Source of the DNA: Hyphochytrium catenoides
Lineage: Eukaryota; Protista; Hyphochytriomycota
Direction of reading: 5' to 3'
Length of the DNA stretch: 64,000 nt
Assembly: GCA_900088475.1 (NCBI GenBank)
Contig: FLMG01003999.1
Span: 1 to 64,000, forward strand
The notes beneath the pieces are model-generated. The model searched no databases and was not told the DNA's origin. It saw only the letters and a program-made list of their open reading frames with translations. Shown one piece after another: positions 25,404-38,718 of this stretch. Every line of letters begins with the position of its first letter. Within the stretch, counting starts at the first letter, position 1. The translations under genes were made by a program, and so were the position numbers.

Positions 25404-27424
25404 ATGGAGGAAGTCCGGAAGCCTGACGTCACTGAGGCTTCTCTTGCTAATGAAGGCGATCAAGCGCTGACTGGCGACTCAAAAGCACATGAAGATAGTC
25501 TTGGGCGTTCTGGCAAGGAGCATGATCTTAGTGAAACGGTTCTAGTTATTGCTGAGTTCATCCCGGATAGCCTCATACACCGTGCGACGCTGCATGCGAC
25601 TGACTCTCTACAGCTGATTGTAGAAACAACGGCGGCTGAGCTTTCGTTAGACCCGACTCTTTTCAATGTGGAGGAGTTCTACCAACGTATGGACATTTCT
25701 GATGGCATAAAGCTTATACGGACTTGAACTAACTCGCACCTGTCCTATAGTTTACAGAGAGGGTCGATCGCTCTCGGCAGTGCAAATCAAGGACAGCCCT
25801 ATAGAACGCACTTTTACAGGTGCAAGAAGTAGCGAGCTCCTCTTGCACATTCGCTATGGAGAGCCCCCGCCCCGGTCCCAACCGCCAAGCAACGGCTTGC
25901 CCGCAAAGATCTCCGTCTCTGTCGATCGCGGCGACGGGCAGCAAGAAGTGATTGATGTTGCTATCGAGCCCTTTACTGGTAGAAAAAGGTATCTGGGTGG
26001 TTATAAGAACAAGAAGAACAACCGCCTTTTCCACCACGCAAGCGCACAGGTATGAAGTAGTGCCTTCGCGCCTTCAATGCATTGTGCGAAGGTTTGTCAG
26101 CCGTTATACCCGTTGCTAACTCTTGCGCTCGCATGGTAGACTGATGTAGTCCGGGAAGTCGGAAAGGTCAAAGATTATAGTCAAAGAGTGACACGAGAGA
26201 CTCAAACGGTGCATATAAGCTCTCGTTCGCAGCAGACAAAAAGAGAGAATGGCAGTCAAATGCAGCGGAAGGACCTTGTGATCGACTCATCGCATGACCG
26301 CGTGTTGCATCCGCGAGGCTACTTCACCTCAGAACAGCACAACCTACGAAAGATAGCGAAGACCATTGTTATACAAAGATATTGGAGGAAGTACAAAGCA
26401 ACATGCTTAGTAGCAGCAATTAGAGCAGAACGACAAAGGAAGCAGGAAGAGTGGAGACAGAGGCAGGCAGACAAACAGAGAGAGGTTGAGGAAAAGAGAA
26501 AGGTAAGATCAAAGAACCGACAAATGATTTGCGACAACTCATACTTGGCGCCAATGTCCTTCCGCCAGATTGAACTTGAACGACGTATAAACCCAAGGAC
26601 GAAGGAGGACTTCCAGCTGCTCTATAACGAGTTAGAAGAATGGAAAGAGAAAGAACAAGCCAAAATCAAGGCTGAAGGTGTCCTATGCCACCTCTATAAT
26701 GCGTCTCGCACACCATCAGACTGATATAAGACTGGTCCGCACGCTATACCAGGTTTATCACGCGAGGAGACACATGAGAAGCTCGAAAAGCTCCTTCATG
26801 CCGAGACTAGGCTGTTACAAGAGATTGACAGGCTGAAAATCGAGACTAACAAAAGTAATCGGGATGAGAAGGTGCTAGAGCGAATGCAGAAGCTTGCGAA
26901 GCCCAAACAGTGGCAGTTGGGAGACGGTAAAACCGTCGATATCCATACGCCCACAACCATCCGAGCACAGGTAACTTCTAAATATTCCTGGCTGATTCTT
27001 CAATTTTGCTAACGTGATTGGCCCAAACAACAACACATAGGAGCTCCTAGAGCTCCATCGAGCCCTTCTGGCTTCGAGTTTGACCGTAGACGAGCGCCTT
27101 GAAGTACTACTGAACATCAAATGGACCGTACTAGAGTTTGAGTGCCCGCTGACAAAGGAGATAGTGGAGCTTGTCGAAAGGGAAGCGGACCTTCTGAATA
27201 GGGGAAGATCACAGAAGAGCCTTGACGGCCTGCGAAAGCGTATTGGCTACCTTTTTCAACAATTTGTGGAAACCCCGGAGTTTAACCCCGAAGCTCGTGT
27301 ATTGATAAAGGTGAGTCAAGGCTACTCTACCGTCTCACTTGCAAGCGCTGCTAGCGGGATGTCACCTCTGACGGATGGATTATTACGACTAGATACCCAG
27401 CCAACGTTAGAAATGAAAAGGTAG
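25404..27424 (+). CDS. IQUB: IQ and ubiquitin-like domain-containing protein (radial spoke, FAP253)
   Basis: KRYLGGYKNKKNNRLFHHASAQ, RETQT, IQRYWR, RRINPRTKEDFQLLYNELEEW, ERLEVLLNIKWTV, FVETPEFNPEA. Stop at 27410 or 27424 depending on the last intron. Confidence 0.92.
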
Positions 27425-27444
27425 CCAGTAACATGTTTCAACCG

Positions 27445-29712
27445 TCAACCATGTCCCGAACCACAGCCAGACCTGATATAAGTTACCAGGGAGGTTATCC
27501 TAGCTCTAAGAAGATAGAAGATGAAGAAAAAGTAGGCCAAACATCCCACAGTAAACAGGAGTATCTGCCACCAGTTTAGCACAGCCGAGGATAGGAATTT
27601 GAAGGCAAGGTAGATGTTTGATATTGTGACCAATAGTCCAAGAGCGTACATTAGCGCCTGGGAAGACGAAAGTAATCCGGAAGAGATATCAGTAAATGCC
27701 CCAAGCGTGAGAATTGTGCAGATGTCATACCTGAGTTTTTCCACCGTTGGAGAAGCGCCCCATGAGCTTTTCATCTCCAGTGAACTGCAGAAGCGGAATC
27801 AAAGCAAATGGCAGTTGAACACTCTGAAGAATGTTAAGCCACTCATCCATACGGTCGCTCTCATCCGCATGCTTCTTAGACAAAGTGGCGACGAGGACAG
27901 CTGGGCCTAGAGCAAGTAAGCGGGTAGAAACTGTCCGTACCCATGGAGAAACTTTTATCTGCCAGAATCCTAAACATGTTGCCGTCGGTTACTAAGTTGA
28001 TATTGGTACCAGACGGCTCCCGTGTTCTAACCTTCCATCACAAATTGTCCGGCATAAGTTCCTGTCATGACGGATGCTTGGCCAGCAGCCAAGAGTCCTA
28101 CTGCCCACACTGTTCTGGCTACGTTACCGTAGAGACCATAAAGCGCCTCTCCAGCGTCCGAAAGGCCCACAGGTGTGCAAAGGCCAGTACTCGAATTAAT
28201 TGTACATCTATCACAAGGACCTACTATGTGACCGTCCTATGGGGTACAGTCAGTCAAACTGAAGCGACGACCTCTTGAAGAAAGGCATGCGGTTACCTCA
28301 ATCACACAGGCTCCCTTGTCGCCAAAGTTGTAGACCTCACCGCCTGACGCGAGAGCGACTGCGACTGGCACACAAGCCGTGTTTACCGCAGCCACAGCGG
28401 CACATGGCTCATAATAAAAGCTCTTCGCAAAGACGGATACTACTGCCAAGTTGATGATAAACGATACCGCTAGGGCCAAGGTTGCTTCTATAGTGAAATA
28501 GAAGATAGCCTGCTTCACCTGAGCTTGGCTCCCTTGATCGATCTTGCGAGACTTTAAAGTAAGAAGAGGAGGCAATCAGCAACCTTAGCTTTCCTGATGA
28601 AACGCGCCCTTGTGGTTTATCTAGGTTTCTTACCTGTACTAATGCAGAGTGCAAATAAATATTATGCGGCATGATGATCGCCCCCAGTATACCCACAGCT
28701 TGAAGAACTGCATAGTCAGAAACTTCAGGAAGAAATCCTCCGATCACTTGGAATGGATCCGGCTTGCTGATGCCAAAGTCCACTAAGAAGCTGAAGCCCA
28801 TTATGGAGACCAAGAGACCAAAGAACATTTCCAAAGCTCTGATCCCTGCCAGATGGACTCCTAAAAATGTGAAGGTGTCTATGCCTGTTACCAAGCATCC
28901 TACCCAGAGGGGCCACCCAAAAAGCAACTTGAAGGCAATGGCTGAGCCGATAACCTACGTCAGAAAAACTGATTTAGAAGGGAATGAACGAGTCGCTAAC
29001 TGGGCAACCGGAAATAGTTTTCACCTCTTGTATGTCACTGCCGATAATGGCAACCTCCGCCATTAACCAGAGCGCTGTAGCCGTGGCCCGTGAATACTCC
29101 TGCCGACATAGTTGAGCAAGATCGCGTCCGGTAACTACGCCTATAATGGGATTGGTAAAGAGGGAGGACTGAGCCTCTCATCTGTTTAGGTGCTAGCTCC
29201 ATATTGTTTGCTTCTTTACCTAATCTTGCAGCCAATATTTGAAGCAATAGCCCAATAACAGTGCTAACGAACAATACCCAGACTAGCTGGTAGCCTCCAT
29301 ATGCTCCAGCTTGTAAATCACTTTCAAGATTCCCAGGATCCAAGAAAGCCATGCTCTACGGTCGTGACACTTTAATCAAAACGTGCGCCAGACTGAGGCA
29401 GAACCAGCGACCAAAGATTGACCAGTCCTTACCATCAGCCATCCTGGTCCTGTATACGCCCAGAGAGTCCTAAAGCTAGGGCGTCAGCATCCGGGGTAGA
29501 GGGTAAATAGCGTCAGACTCTCCTAACTTCGTTGCTTTGGTCAGAGTCTCATACACCTACCTGAAGCGATGAGAATCTTCCTCTTCCGGAGGGAAGATCA
29601 CTGATTTGTCGCCAACCCCGTCCTCCTCCGCATGGTGTACTGGAAGGAATGGCTTGTATTGAGATTTGTTTTGACCAGTATCCTCAAGCTCCCTGTACTC
29701 GATCTCTTCCAT
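27445..29712 (-). CDS. NRAMP: NRAMP/SLC11 divalent metal (Mn/Fe) transporter
   Basis: [74 protein letters not shown]. Confidence 0.95.
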
Positions 29713-30449
29713 GATTTCTTTTGTTGGGAGAATCAAAATCTCAGGAAAGCGGTGGACCAGCACAAGACTCTGTGCTACTGGCGCCGTGTAGCTGAGCCCA
29801 TGCGTGCAACAAATCTTATGAACGTGCTTACTACGTGACGATCATTCACCGCAATAATAACATAAATTGCCACACAGGAGAACTACACCTTCTTCGTGGA
29901 GCCCTTCCTCTCAATAGATAAAGACGGGATGCTTCTGTCTACAACGCTCAAAGTAACGAAGCGCGACGTTGAAGCGTCTCAGAGTCTGCCAATCTGAGGT
30001 AGTCGCGACGTTGGGAGAGTGTCTTCATCTGCTGGTAACGGTGCAACAAGGGCGAAGGGCTGTGAGGAGGAGGAGGACCAGGAGGAGGAGCGATCCTGAC
30101 GAGAGAGGAGAGGATGACGCTTGAAGGAGCAACCATCATCTGAGCCCACGCCCTTCGGAACGAAGCTTCAGGGGGAGTTCTGAGTCTCGATGTGGCTTTT
30201 TTCCCCTCCTCTTCTTGACATGACAGGAGTAGTTAGTTGCATCACCACTCTCGAGATTCATTGCTGTTGTTGTTTGAGGCGTCCGCCGCCGCTTTTCAAA
30301 GTAATCGCAGTGAAGGCCTTTTCTCCGAGGTAGTCCCCTTGTTTGTCCCTCGATATCGCTTTCTCTGAAGCAGCCAGACACGAGATGACTCGCGAGGTTT
30401 GACGAAGGACGTTCCGCCCAAGGTCAGGGGAAGTATAACTATGATCTAT

Positions 30450-31600
30450 CATTGTGCGCTAATGCGAATAGGAGTGAGGAAAGAGCAATACGACGCTTGT
30501 TGACAAAGCCTCGAAGGACTACTCGTCAATGCATTGATGGTTATGCGGCGTGGCCAGGGAGAGAAGTGAGGTTTGACGGAGGTCCTACTACCCCTGATCG
30601 CTTGCTACCGATCGAGGACGAGGAACCACATGGAAAAGGATTTGAAGCGCTGCTCGATGAGCCAACGTCTGATAAAAAGCACTACTGCCCAGAATAGTAG
30701 TTCTGGCTCGTTGAAGTTTTCCTCGTCAAACGTAAGGATGTTTAAGTGGTGCCTTCGCATGAAAGCACTGGATGTGAGGGTTGTGTGACGGCGAAGAACC
30801 CAAAGAGATAATAACCAGCAGTCTTCCCTGTCAAGGGAGTTTGCAGAACTTACCTGGTTGTGGCCCCACAGACATTGTCCCTCTACAGGGAGGCTCTTCT
30901 GCGGCGCTTGACACCAATCCAAAGAACTGCAATAAGCACGATGGCCGTCATGGAAAATGACACAAAAGAAAGGATCGGGCTTGCCACCATTGACAAGTGT
31001 TTTTAGCTGTCCAGAAGCGATTCCCAAAAACTTTTCAATGCAGTCCACTGGTGTCTAGACGGCAACAAGCATTATACGAGCACCCACAATAGGGTGGTGT
31101 ATCGTCAACAGCAATAGTATTCTTTCTGTCGCATTCCAGGTACGATGATAGACCAGGTCTTCTGCTTTTCAAAATCTTCTGGGTCTCAAGGGGCTGGAGT
31201 TAAACACCCTTGATCTACCATATAATAATAGCCTTACTGATGACATCTTACCAAATGTCGGCGAATTAAGAGCTGTATCTTGGTGTGCCCGAAAGCTCTG
31301 AGCTCGGGCTGAGATAGGCCTACGCTCTCATGAAGAAGTGTCAATGATAAATAGTGGATTAGCATAATAATAGCTACTTCATGACAAGAAGCCATGATGT
31401 CTCCGAAACGTACTGTGGACGGAACCCCAACACGCGCGCTCATGTCTGGCTGATTATAGCTATTCCCAAATCCTATTATGTGGCAAATATACAAAGATTG
31501 GTAGTCCTAGGGCTGCCCAAAGCTTCGTCTTATGGTCGTTCGTCGAGGCCGATTTAGCTTTGGAATACGATGACGATAAGCAGCACACCTTTCACTCTCA
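30450..31600 (-). mobile_element. Decayed hAT-superfamily transposase relic
   Basis: Broken frames read HRTWNAT (like TRWNST) and then LLFW...QRFKSFSM...LDR*QAIRGSRTSVKPHFS (like the hAT dimerization motif WW..FP.LS..A..LAIP.SS...ER.FS), in the correct order. Many stops and frameshifts. Confidence 0.5.
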
Positions 31601-33345
31601 TCCGTCTCAGTATTCCAGTCAGAGTCGTCTGAAGGAGATGTATTCGTAGAGTGTCATGCTGAAGAGGCAAAAGCCATCCTCTGGGACCCTTGTAATAATC
31701 TCACTTGCTTTCGTCTGCCACCTTACCCGTTGTCACGCTTTTGCTTTGGGCTGCAATATTTCAACTTGAGACCTTGGATGAACTGTACCTTATTAGCTTA
31801 TTATAAGCTACGCGCCAGTACTGTTCACTCTTTCTTCCTGCTGCCCCACCCGCAGTAAATGTGCTTTGCTCCGTCTTTAATTATTGAGCAGAGTTGCCCA
31901 CCGTATCCTGACTTACTATGGTATTGTCCTCGGGAAGGAGGAACGATTGGGGCCACGGCTCTCGTCTCGTCATCGGGGATCCCCCGCACCACCAACCGCC
32001 GCCTCTCGACAATCGACAGCAAAAAAAGCGTTGCGAAGCAGCGGCACTAGAGGAGGTACGACCAGTCATCATATCAACCCTTCGCCCGTTGTTCCATCAG
32101 CAGTGCTAACAATTCAATAGCCGGCGCCCGACAACAAAAAGGGGGTCCGACTATGTAGTCAGTAAGCAGCGACATGCGAGCTACGTCCGGAACCCGATAC
32201 CTGCATCTTACCCACAGTACAGCTCACAGTACGCTAGGTTCTCTTGCTACTCCCTTCCATGTGGAAGCCTTCTTCCCACCAATCCATCTTCCATAGAACG
32301 ACAGTACTTGGTAATAACCCTTCACCAGTCTTTTTGTGTACAAAGAGCAATACAGTCTACAAATACTAAAACTGCTACTCCCTGTCAAGGTGCGCCGAAG
32401 GGTACGATCATCTCTAACACAGCTTGAGGCCCTGGAACATCTACTGTAGCTTCTATGTCATCAGCATGTCTGTTCCTGTGGGTACATAAAGTCAGTAGGA
32501 TAGCGTCAGGGCTAAGACCAACCTAAGATTACTTGTCAGCAGCCTTGAGGTTGTAGGTTGTACAGCCATAGGTAAAACAGTAGAATGACTGATGGGCATA
32601 AATCATGCTTCTTAGACTTCTCTGTATATTCCCTCCAACTCTTTCTTATATAGTCATAGACCTTTCACATGGATAGCAGCTGTATGCAGGCTTCTTAAAT
32701 TTTCAAGTGTAAAAGGACAAACTCTTATCCATCTACCCAGCACTTATTTTGCTTTGCTCAGTTGAGCGCTGCGACACAAGTAAAACAGGTTAATGTCAGA
32801 ACGATACCGCCTGTCCCACTTCCCATCAACGTCGTCATTTGTAGTTGAAAGAGTAAGAGAGAGCGGGACTATCCATGGAAGTAGCTGCTTATCAGAGCCA
32901 TGCTGACAACTGTATCACCGCTTCTCCTTGGAATGGCCACAAGGATAGAACTTCTCCTCAACTCGTCTTTATCCGTTCAAGTCGTGAGGGGAGAGAGAAG
33001 AGCTCCTCTTGTTGAGTAGGTGAGCAGCGACGGCCTGTACTACTGCTACTTGTAGAACTATACCCTCTTTAAAAGATACAATCGCTTTAACTAACAAAAC
33101 CTCTGCCTTTGCTTTCATCAGTTTGAGGGTTCAAACGTCAAGCTGATGCACTTCGGTCGGGACGTCCATAACTCTACTAGCAGACGGTGAGACGCCAAAT
33201 AAACGTAGCTGTCTATTCATCTGTCCTCACTTTGCATTTGTCGCGTTGAGACTCGAACCAGCGGGTAGAACTTGGCTACGCTGCAGCCTTTAGTCCTTGA
33301 GGTGTCGGCATACTCTACAGGCGATCGTGAGAGGACAGCGCAGCA

Positions 33346-35049
33346 ATGGGTTCTACCGTACATGCAGGCAGATGGAAAGTTCTCCTACTTATAACACTAT
33401 GGAGTGTCTTCGCCTTGGAGCCAGAGGCGAAGGATCCTTCCCTATCCAATAACTTTAGCCGAAGGCAGCTAAGCCAGGTGTACACAGGGGTTCAACAGGT
33501 CGAATGCGGCAATCTCGGAAGGCTAGTAGATTACATGTTCCAACACTTCTTTGACCGTCCGTCACCCTGTCGTCAGAGCGAACCTCCTACTAGTACTAGT
33601 CCTACACCAAGCCCTCCAGTTCCTACGCCAAGCCCTCCAGTTGTGGCGTCATCTAATGGCGATTCGGGGTATGATAATCTGCCAGATGGTAGCCCTGCTC
33701 CTCCACTTGGCTCGCCGCCAGCCACGCGGAAACCCAACCCGGATTCTACCGCTCCTCAAGCCCCCGCGACGCCTACACCTCAACCTGGAATACCAATACT
33801 CTCTCCTTCTCCTGCAAATAGCCCTCCCAATGTCCCCACACCAGCTCCAGCAAGCTTCGCGCCAACTCCGGCAGTGACTGTGGCTCCGTCAGCCCCTGCA
33901 CCCACACAACCTCCTACTCCAGCACCCAGTCCCCAGCCAACTCCTTCACAGCCTCCGCCGACGGTAGACCCATCGCGTGTTGATTCTGTTCGGAACTGCA
34001 AGCAAGGAGTTCGCCAGCGGAAGGAGTACAGGGAGCTCTCTTCAGCCGAGTGGGATTCGTTTAAGGCCGCGGTCATGAGGCTGCTCAAGGTTCCCTCGCA
34101 GAGAGGGCACAACTCCTTATACGAGGAGTTCTGTCACGACCACTTCAACTATCGAGAAGACTCGCATAGTGGGTCTCAGTTCTTACCGTGGCATCGCCTC
34201 TTCCTGGCAAGGTTTGAGTCGGCCCTTCAGTCAGTTGACCCCAACGTGGTGTTGCCTTATTGGGACTGGACGAAGGATCTCCCTGATCCTCTTAATATTC
34301 CGCTCCTCAAGGATGACAAGTATTTGCATCTGGGGAACGACTGCCCCATTAAAGTGAACAGCCCGTACGCATCCTTTGGTCCCAATCACTGCGTCTTCAG
34401 AGAGCCCGGCACACGAAACACTACGTGGTACGCACCCTGGAGAATTGACTCGCTAATTAAGACGGAGAGACGGTTCTGGAAGTTCTCTGAGGTGGTGGAA
34501 TTAACCATTCACAATGTGGCTCACGTCCAGGTTGGAGGAGATATGTATTATAAGAGTAGCTCGGCCTGCGATCCTCTCTTCTTTCTCCATCACGCGCAGG
34601 TGGATAGGCTCTGGTACTTGTGGCAAGCCCGGGAGGGAAATATGAACAGCTATGATGGTGAGCACTTCCATGGCACCGAGAAGCAGATGACTGTTGCCCC
34701 CTCGGACATTCTCATGCCATTTGATGTATCGGTGGCCAGTTCTCTCGATACTGCAAAGCTCTGCTATACTTACGGTTCTCCATCTTCGTCGGTGTCTTTC
34801 TCGTTAGTTGCGGAACACACGGAGCAGGAAGATACCTTTCAAGGTATTGACGAGGACTGGGTCAAGGAAATGGGAATGAGTATTGAAAAAGTGCGAGAAG
34901 CAGAAGCCTTTATGCTAGCGCTCACGCCGCCCAAATTAGAGAACAATAAGGCGTCTTCAGGATCACGGGCTTCGAGGTCTGTCGAGGGCATTACGTGTCT
35001 GGTAGCGCTGCTCAGCTGGTTGTTGACTTGGGGAACATTGTCTGCTTGA
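33346..35049 (+). CDS. Secreted, probably GPI-anchored tyrosinase (type-3 copper) with Pro/Thr-rich stalk; intronless
   Basis: Signal-like N-terminus; P/T/S-rich region; RKEYRELS; CuA CHDH...SHSGSQFLPWHR; LPYWDW; CuB HNVAHVQVGGDM...DPLFFLHHAQVDRLW; C-terminal small-residue site followed by a hydrophobic tail. Confidence 0.93.
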   Translation: MGSTVHAGRWKVLLLITLWSVFALEPEAKDPSLSNNFSRRQLSQVYTGVQQVECGNLGRLVDYMFQHFFDRPSPCRQSEPPTSTSPTPSPPVPTPSPPVVASSNGDSGYDNLPDGSPAPPLGSPPATRKPNPDSTAPQAPATPTPQPGIPILSPSPANSPPNVPTPAPASFAPTPAVTVAPSAPAPTQPPTPAPSPQPTPSQPPPTVDPSRVDSVRNCKQGVRQRKEYRELSSAEWDSFKAAVMRLLKVPSQRGHNSLYEEFCHDHFNYREDSHSGSQFLPWHRLFLARFESALQSVDPNVVLPYWDWTKDLPDPLNIPLLKDDKYLHLGNDCPIKVNSPYASFGPNHCVFREPGTRNTTWYAPWRIDSLIKTERRFWKFSEVVELTIHNVAHVQVGGDMYYKSSSACDPLFFLHHAQVDRLWYLWQAREGNMNSYDGEHFHGTEKQMTVAPSDILMPFDVSVASSLDTAKLCYTYGSPSSSVSFSLVAEHTEQEDTFQGIDEDWVKEMGMSIEKVREAEAFMLALTPPKLENNKASSGSRASRSVEGITCLVALLSWLLTWGTLSA

Positions 35050-35469
35050 ACTAATGGTGATCAAGGTCGTCTTTCCATCGTTCAAGTCTGGCGGGGAATA
35101 AGTGAATTTGCAGTTAGAAGCCTAGCTCTCTTATTCACTTACAAGTGGAACGGGTGCCCGCGACATGGTTGTCGAGAACGACGCAGTATCCTGACCGTAC
35201 TCCTAGGTGCTTCAATCAAGCCCTTGTCAGAATCGTTGACAGCTCACTCCTCCAGACCAGCTCTGGCCCGACAGTAAAAGGGTGTCACGGCAATGCTCAT
35301 GGAATTCAGCCCGTGCATCAAGACACCTCAGAGGGCCCTCGTGGAGCTGTACGTCTATATTCCGATCGTTTGAAATATATATATATATATGTGTATGTTG
35401 TCTCCGCGAGGTCTGTCGTAAGACCTTGGTTACGGAAACCACTATCTGTACCTAATAATAAACGGCTTA

Positions 35470-35720
35470 TCAAGCTTAGCCGATAAGTTCCAAAACATCC
35501 ATTGCTGCGTGCTTCTCATTGACATACATAAGGCGAGCTCTGGTTCTCTTGTCCTCATACTGAACTCTCTCTTCACTGTATAGTATTTTTCTGACAATGA
35601 ACAGCCCCAGCAAATCGAGACGATGGTAGGTAGGTATGCGCACCGAGGAGAGTGCTTCGGATGGGCCGGGAGAAGCAAGTGACGAATAGAGACCCGAACG
35701 GCCATTGATCATTTTAGGCT
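35470..35720 (-). mobile_element. Possible hAT C-terminal (dimerization) relic
   Basis: Overlapping frames give YLPTIVS...VKREFS and SEERV...KRTRARL, resembling ER.FS...R.RL. Very degraded. Confidence 0.3.
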
Positions 35721-36720
35721 CATGGCGGAGCAGCTGAAATAACCTAATCCAGACGACTCTGTGAGATCATCATCCTTTCACTCTGATGATGAGCCTTCTG
35801 CAACTAAGTCAAAGCATGGTGGGTTACTACAATACCTCTCAATCTGTGCGTCCGGTGTTAGCAATACATTTGTCGGCAAACGGGGCTGTGGGCAACTGTC
35901 TAGAGGGGCTGCGGGTCATCATCAGCAATTGCTTCTTTCTTGGAAAGAGCTTTTCGTTCTCTTGTCAATGGTGTCAGTCCATCGCCCCCGCCACCTTTGA
36001 TCAGGGAATAGAAAGCTACTTATGGTGGTGATTTGATTCACCATGAGTCTGGCAATGCTTAAGAACCTTAGCAGCGGACGGTAAGGATACCTGTAGACCT
36101 GCCACGATAAAGAAGCAAGCTTCTTCCGTCATCAGATGGAGAGAGCGTGTGCGATCAACAGCAGCATCAACATAAATAATTATAGAGACCCAGGTGGGGC
36201 GGCCGAGTGATCTCAACAGAGACAGAGACAGAGTGTGACCTTTGATGACGGGCGGCGGGGTTACAACCTTCAACTGGCGAACTACGCAGGTACGACTACA
36301 ACAAGATTGAAGGGGATCAGAAGCTTCAACTTGTCACCCTAGAGCCCCACCCACCCATCCAGGATTACTAATAATTAATAGTTGTGGCGGGCCGGGTGGG
36401 CGGCGCAGGCGAGCCATCATTCTTTTTGAGTAGATGCGAACTCTGCGGTGATGCGGAAGGCGCTGAGAGAGCTTCATCAGCAGCGTGTTATCAATGAAGG
36501 CTATTGGGACATCTTGAGGTCATTAGGACATCAGCAGCCACATGACCAAGGTCTAGAGGCCCACACACAATACACTTCTGCCTGAACAGTGAAGAAGAGG
36601 TTATCGCAGCGCTGCCTTGGACCCTTGACTGTTGACGCAGCGCCTCAAGAGATTGGAAGTGGCATACAGATTAAAGAGACATACGGATAATATAGACTGA
36701 GTTCGCCTGCCGCGATCAAG

Positions 36721-38685
36721 ATGTCAGGGTACGTGAGGACGAAGTGAGATACAGTGTGCATATCCTCATAGTGTGTCGTCTGGTTGCTAAGAATGTGTTT
36801 TCCATTAATTTTCAGGAAAAAGCTAGAATCCTTCATCAAGGTCCCAGAGACCTCTGACTTCTCCGTATACAATCTTCCATATGGAGTCTTTTCAGCTGCA
36901 TCTCTCAGGCCCAGAGTTGGTGTGGCCATTGGAGAGCAGGTACGGATAATGGCTGCATGTCTTGGTCCGCCTTACGTTGACGATCCTGTCCCTCCAAGGT
37001 CTTAGACTTATCAGTTATTGCATCAGCGGGGCTCTTCAAGGACTTTGATGCTTCATGCTTTGGCAGAGTAAGCTAGTCGATTTTGAGGCACACGCTGGTG
37101 GGCTCTCATACTAATAACTTTCCACCTAGGATTCTTTAAACGAGTTTATGTCAAAGGGGCCGCGAGTCTGGAAAAGTGCCAGGGGCACCATCCAGCAACT
37201 TCTGCTAGCTTCGAACCCCACCCTAAGGGACAATGAGGAGCTAAGACGCGCTGCTTTTCATCCACTATCATCGGTAAGCGCTCTCAGCACCCCCTTTCCA
37301 CTCTCATTCATGTACCCTAACGAACCAGGGATAATCAAAAGGTAACGATGCACTTGCCGGCCACGATTGGGGATTACACCGATTTCTACGCATCTAGAGA
37401 GCATGCCACAAACGTTGGAGTCATGTTCCGCGGGAAAGACAACGCCCTTCAACCGAACTGGTATGTATCACATGTGATATTAATCACTGATACTACCTTC
37501 TCACTCCGTCGGCTGATGTACGTCAGGCTGCATCTCCCTGTTGGCTATCATGGCCGCGCTTCATCAGTCGTGGTCTCTGGAACTCCTATTCGTCGTCCCT
37601 GTGGCCAGCTGCAAAGGGATATCAAGGATCCCAGCCAAGGGTCCGTCTATGGCCCGTCAAAGCGCCTTGACTTTGAAGTCGAAATGGTAGTTGCGGTTGT
37701 ATGTTGTTAGTCCCGAAGGCCTTTTCGCCCTGAACAGCTGTGGACTTCTCATAGGGTGTGTTTGTTGGCACTGGGAACTCTTTAGGGGAGCCCATCAGCA
37801 TGGAGAACGCAGAGGATCATATTTTTGGTCTGGTCCTGCTGAATGATTGGAGCGGTAGGCTCTTATTCCTCTATAACACCTGTGAGCTATCTTTTCACTT
37901 CACACTTACTTTCTTTTTGCAGCCCGAGACATACAGAAGTGGGAATATGTCCCTCTTGGTCCATTTGGGGCAAAGAATTTTGGTACAACGATTTCACCGT
38001 GGGTGGTCACACTAGAAGCCCTTGAGTCATTCCGCTGTGAAACCAGCGCCGGGGCAGTACAAGATCCCGAGCCTCTTCCCTACCTGAGGGACCAGAATTA
38101 TTCACGCAGCTCATACAACATCAACTTAGAGGTCAGAAGCTCGGTCCCTTAGTTTACGATGGTCGATGTCTTTAATCAAATGTTCCACGTTGATACCGCT
38201 TAGATTGGCATCAAGCCTGAGGGTGCATCGGCCTTCTCGACAGTCTCCCGAACGAACCTTCGCCACATGTACTGGAATATCAAACAGCAACTGGTGCACC
38301 ACACTGTCACTGGTTGCAACATGCGGCCTGGCGATCTCCTGGGCACTGGGACTATCAGCGGAGACGTAAGTAACTGCCAGCCGTCGCATCAACAAGGATC
38401 GCGTAACTCTAATTTAAAACTCGGATCTTTCAGCATGAAGGCAGCTATGGATCAATGTTAGAGCTTTCCTGGAGTGGTCAAAAGCAGGTAGAACTGGGAG
38501 CCGGCAGCTCACGCACCTTCCTGAACGATGGTGATGACGTCTTGCTTCGAGGTAGGGCTATAGCATGGTGCCGTTCTTGTGTGCAAGATGTTAACCTTTG
38601 CAATCCAGGATTCTGCCAAGGTGATGGCTATAGAGTTGGCTTCGGTGACTGTCAAGGGCTCATTCTTCCGGCCAAGCCCGTTTAA
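36721..38685 (+). CDS. FAH: Fumarylacetoacetase
   Basis: [91 protein letters not shown]. Confidence 0.96.
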
Positions 38686-38718
38686 GTAGTGGCCAACCTC
38701 GTTTTAATCTCTCCTGCT

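Noticed and set aside
28130-28150. Apparent frameshift in NRAMP
   Set aside because: Re-reading gives GAG GCG CTT TAT GGT, which is in frame.
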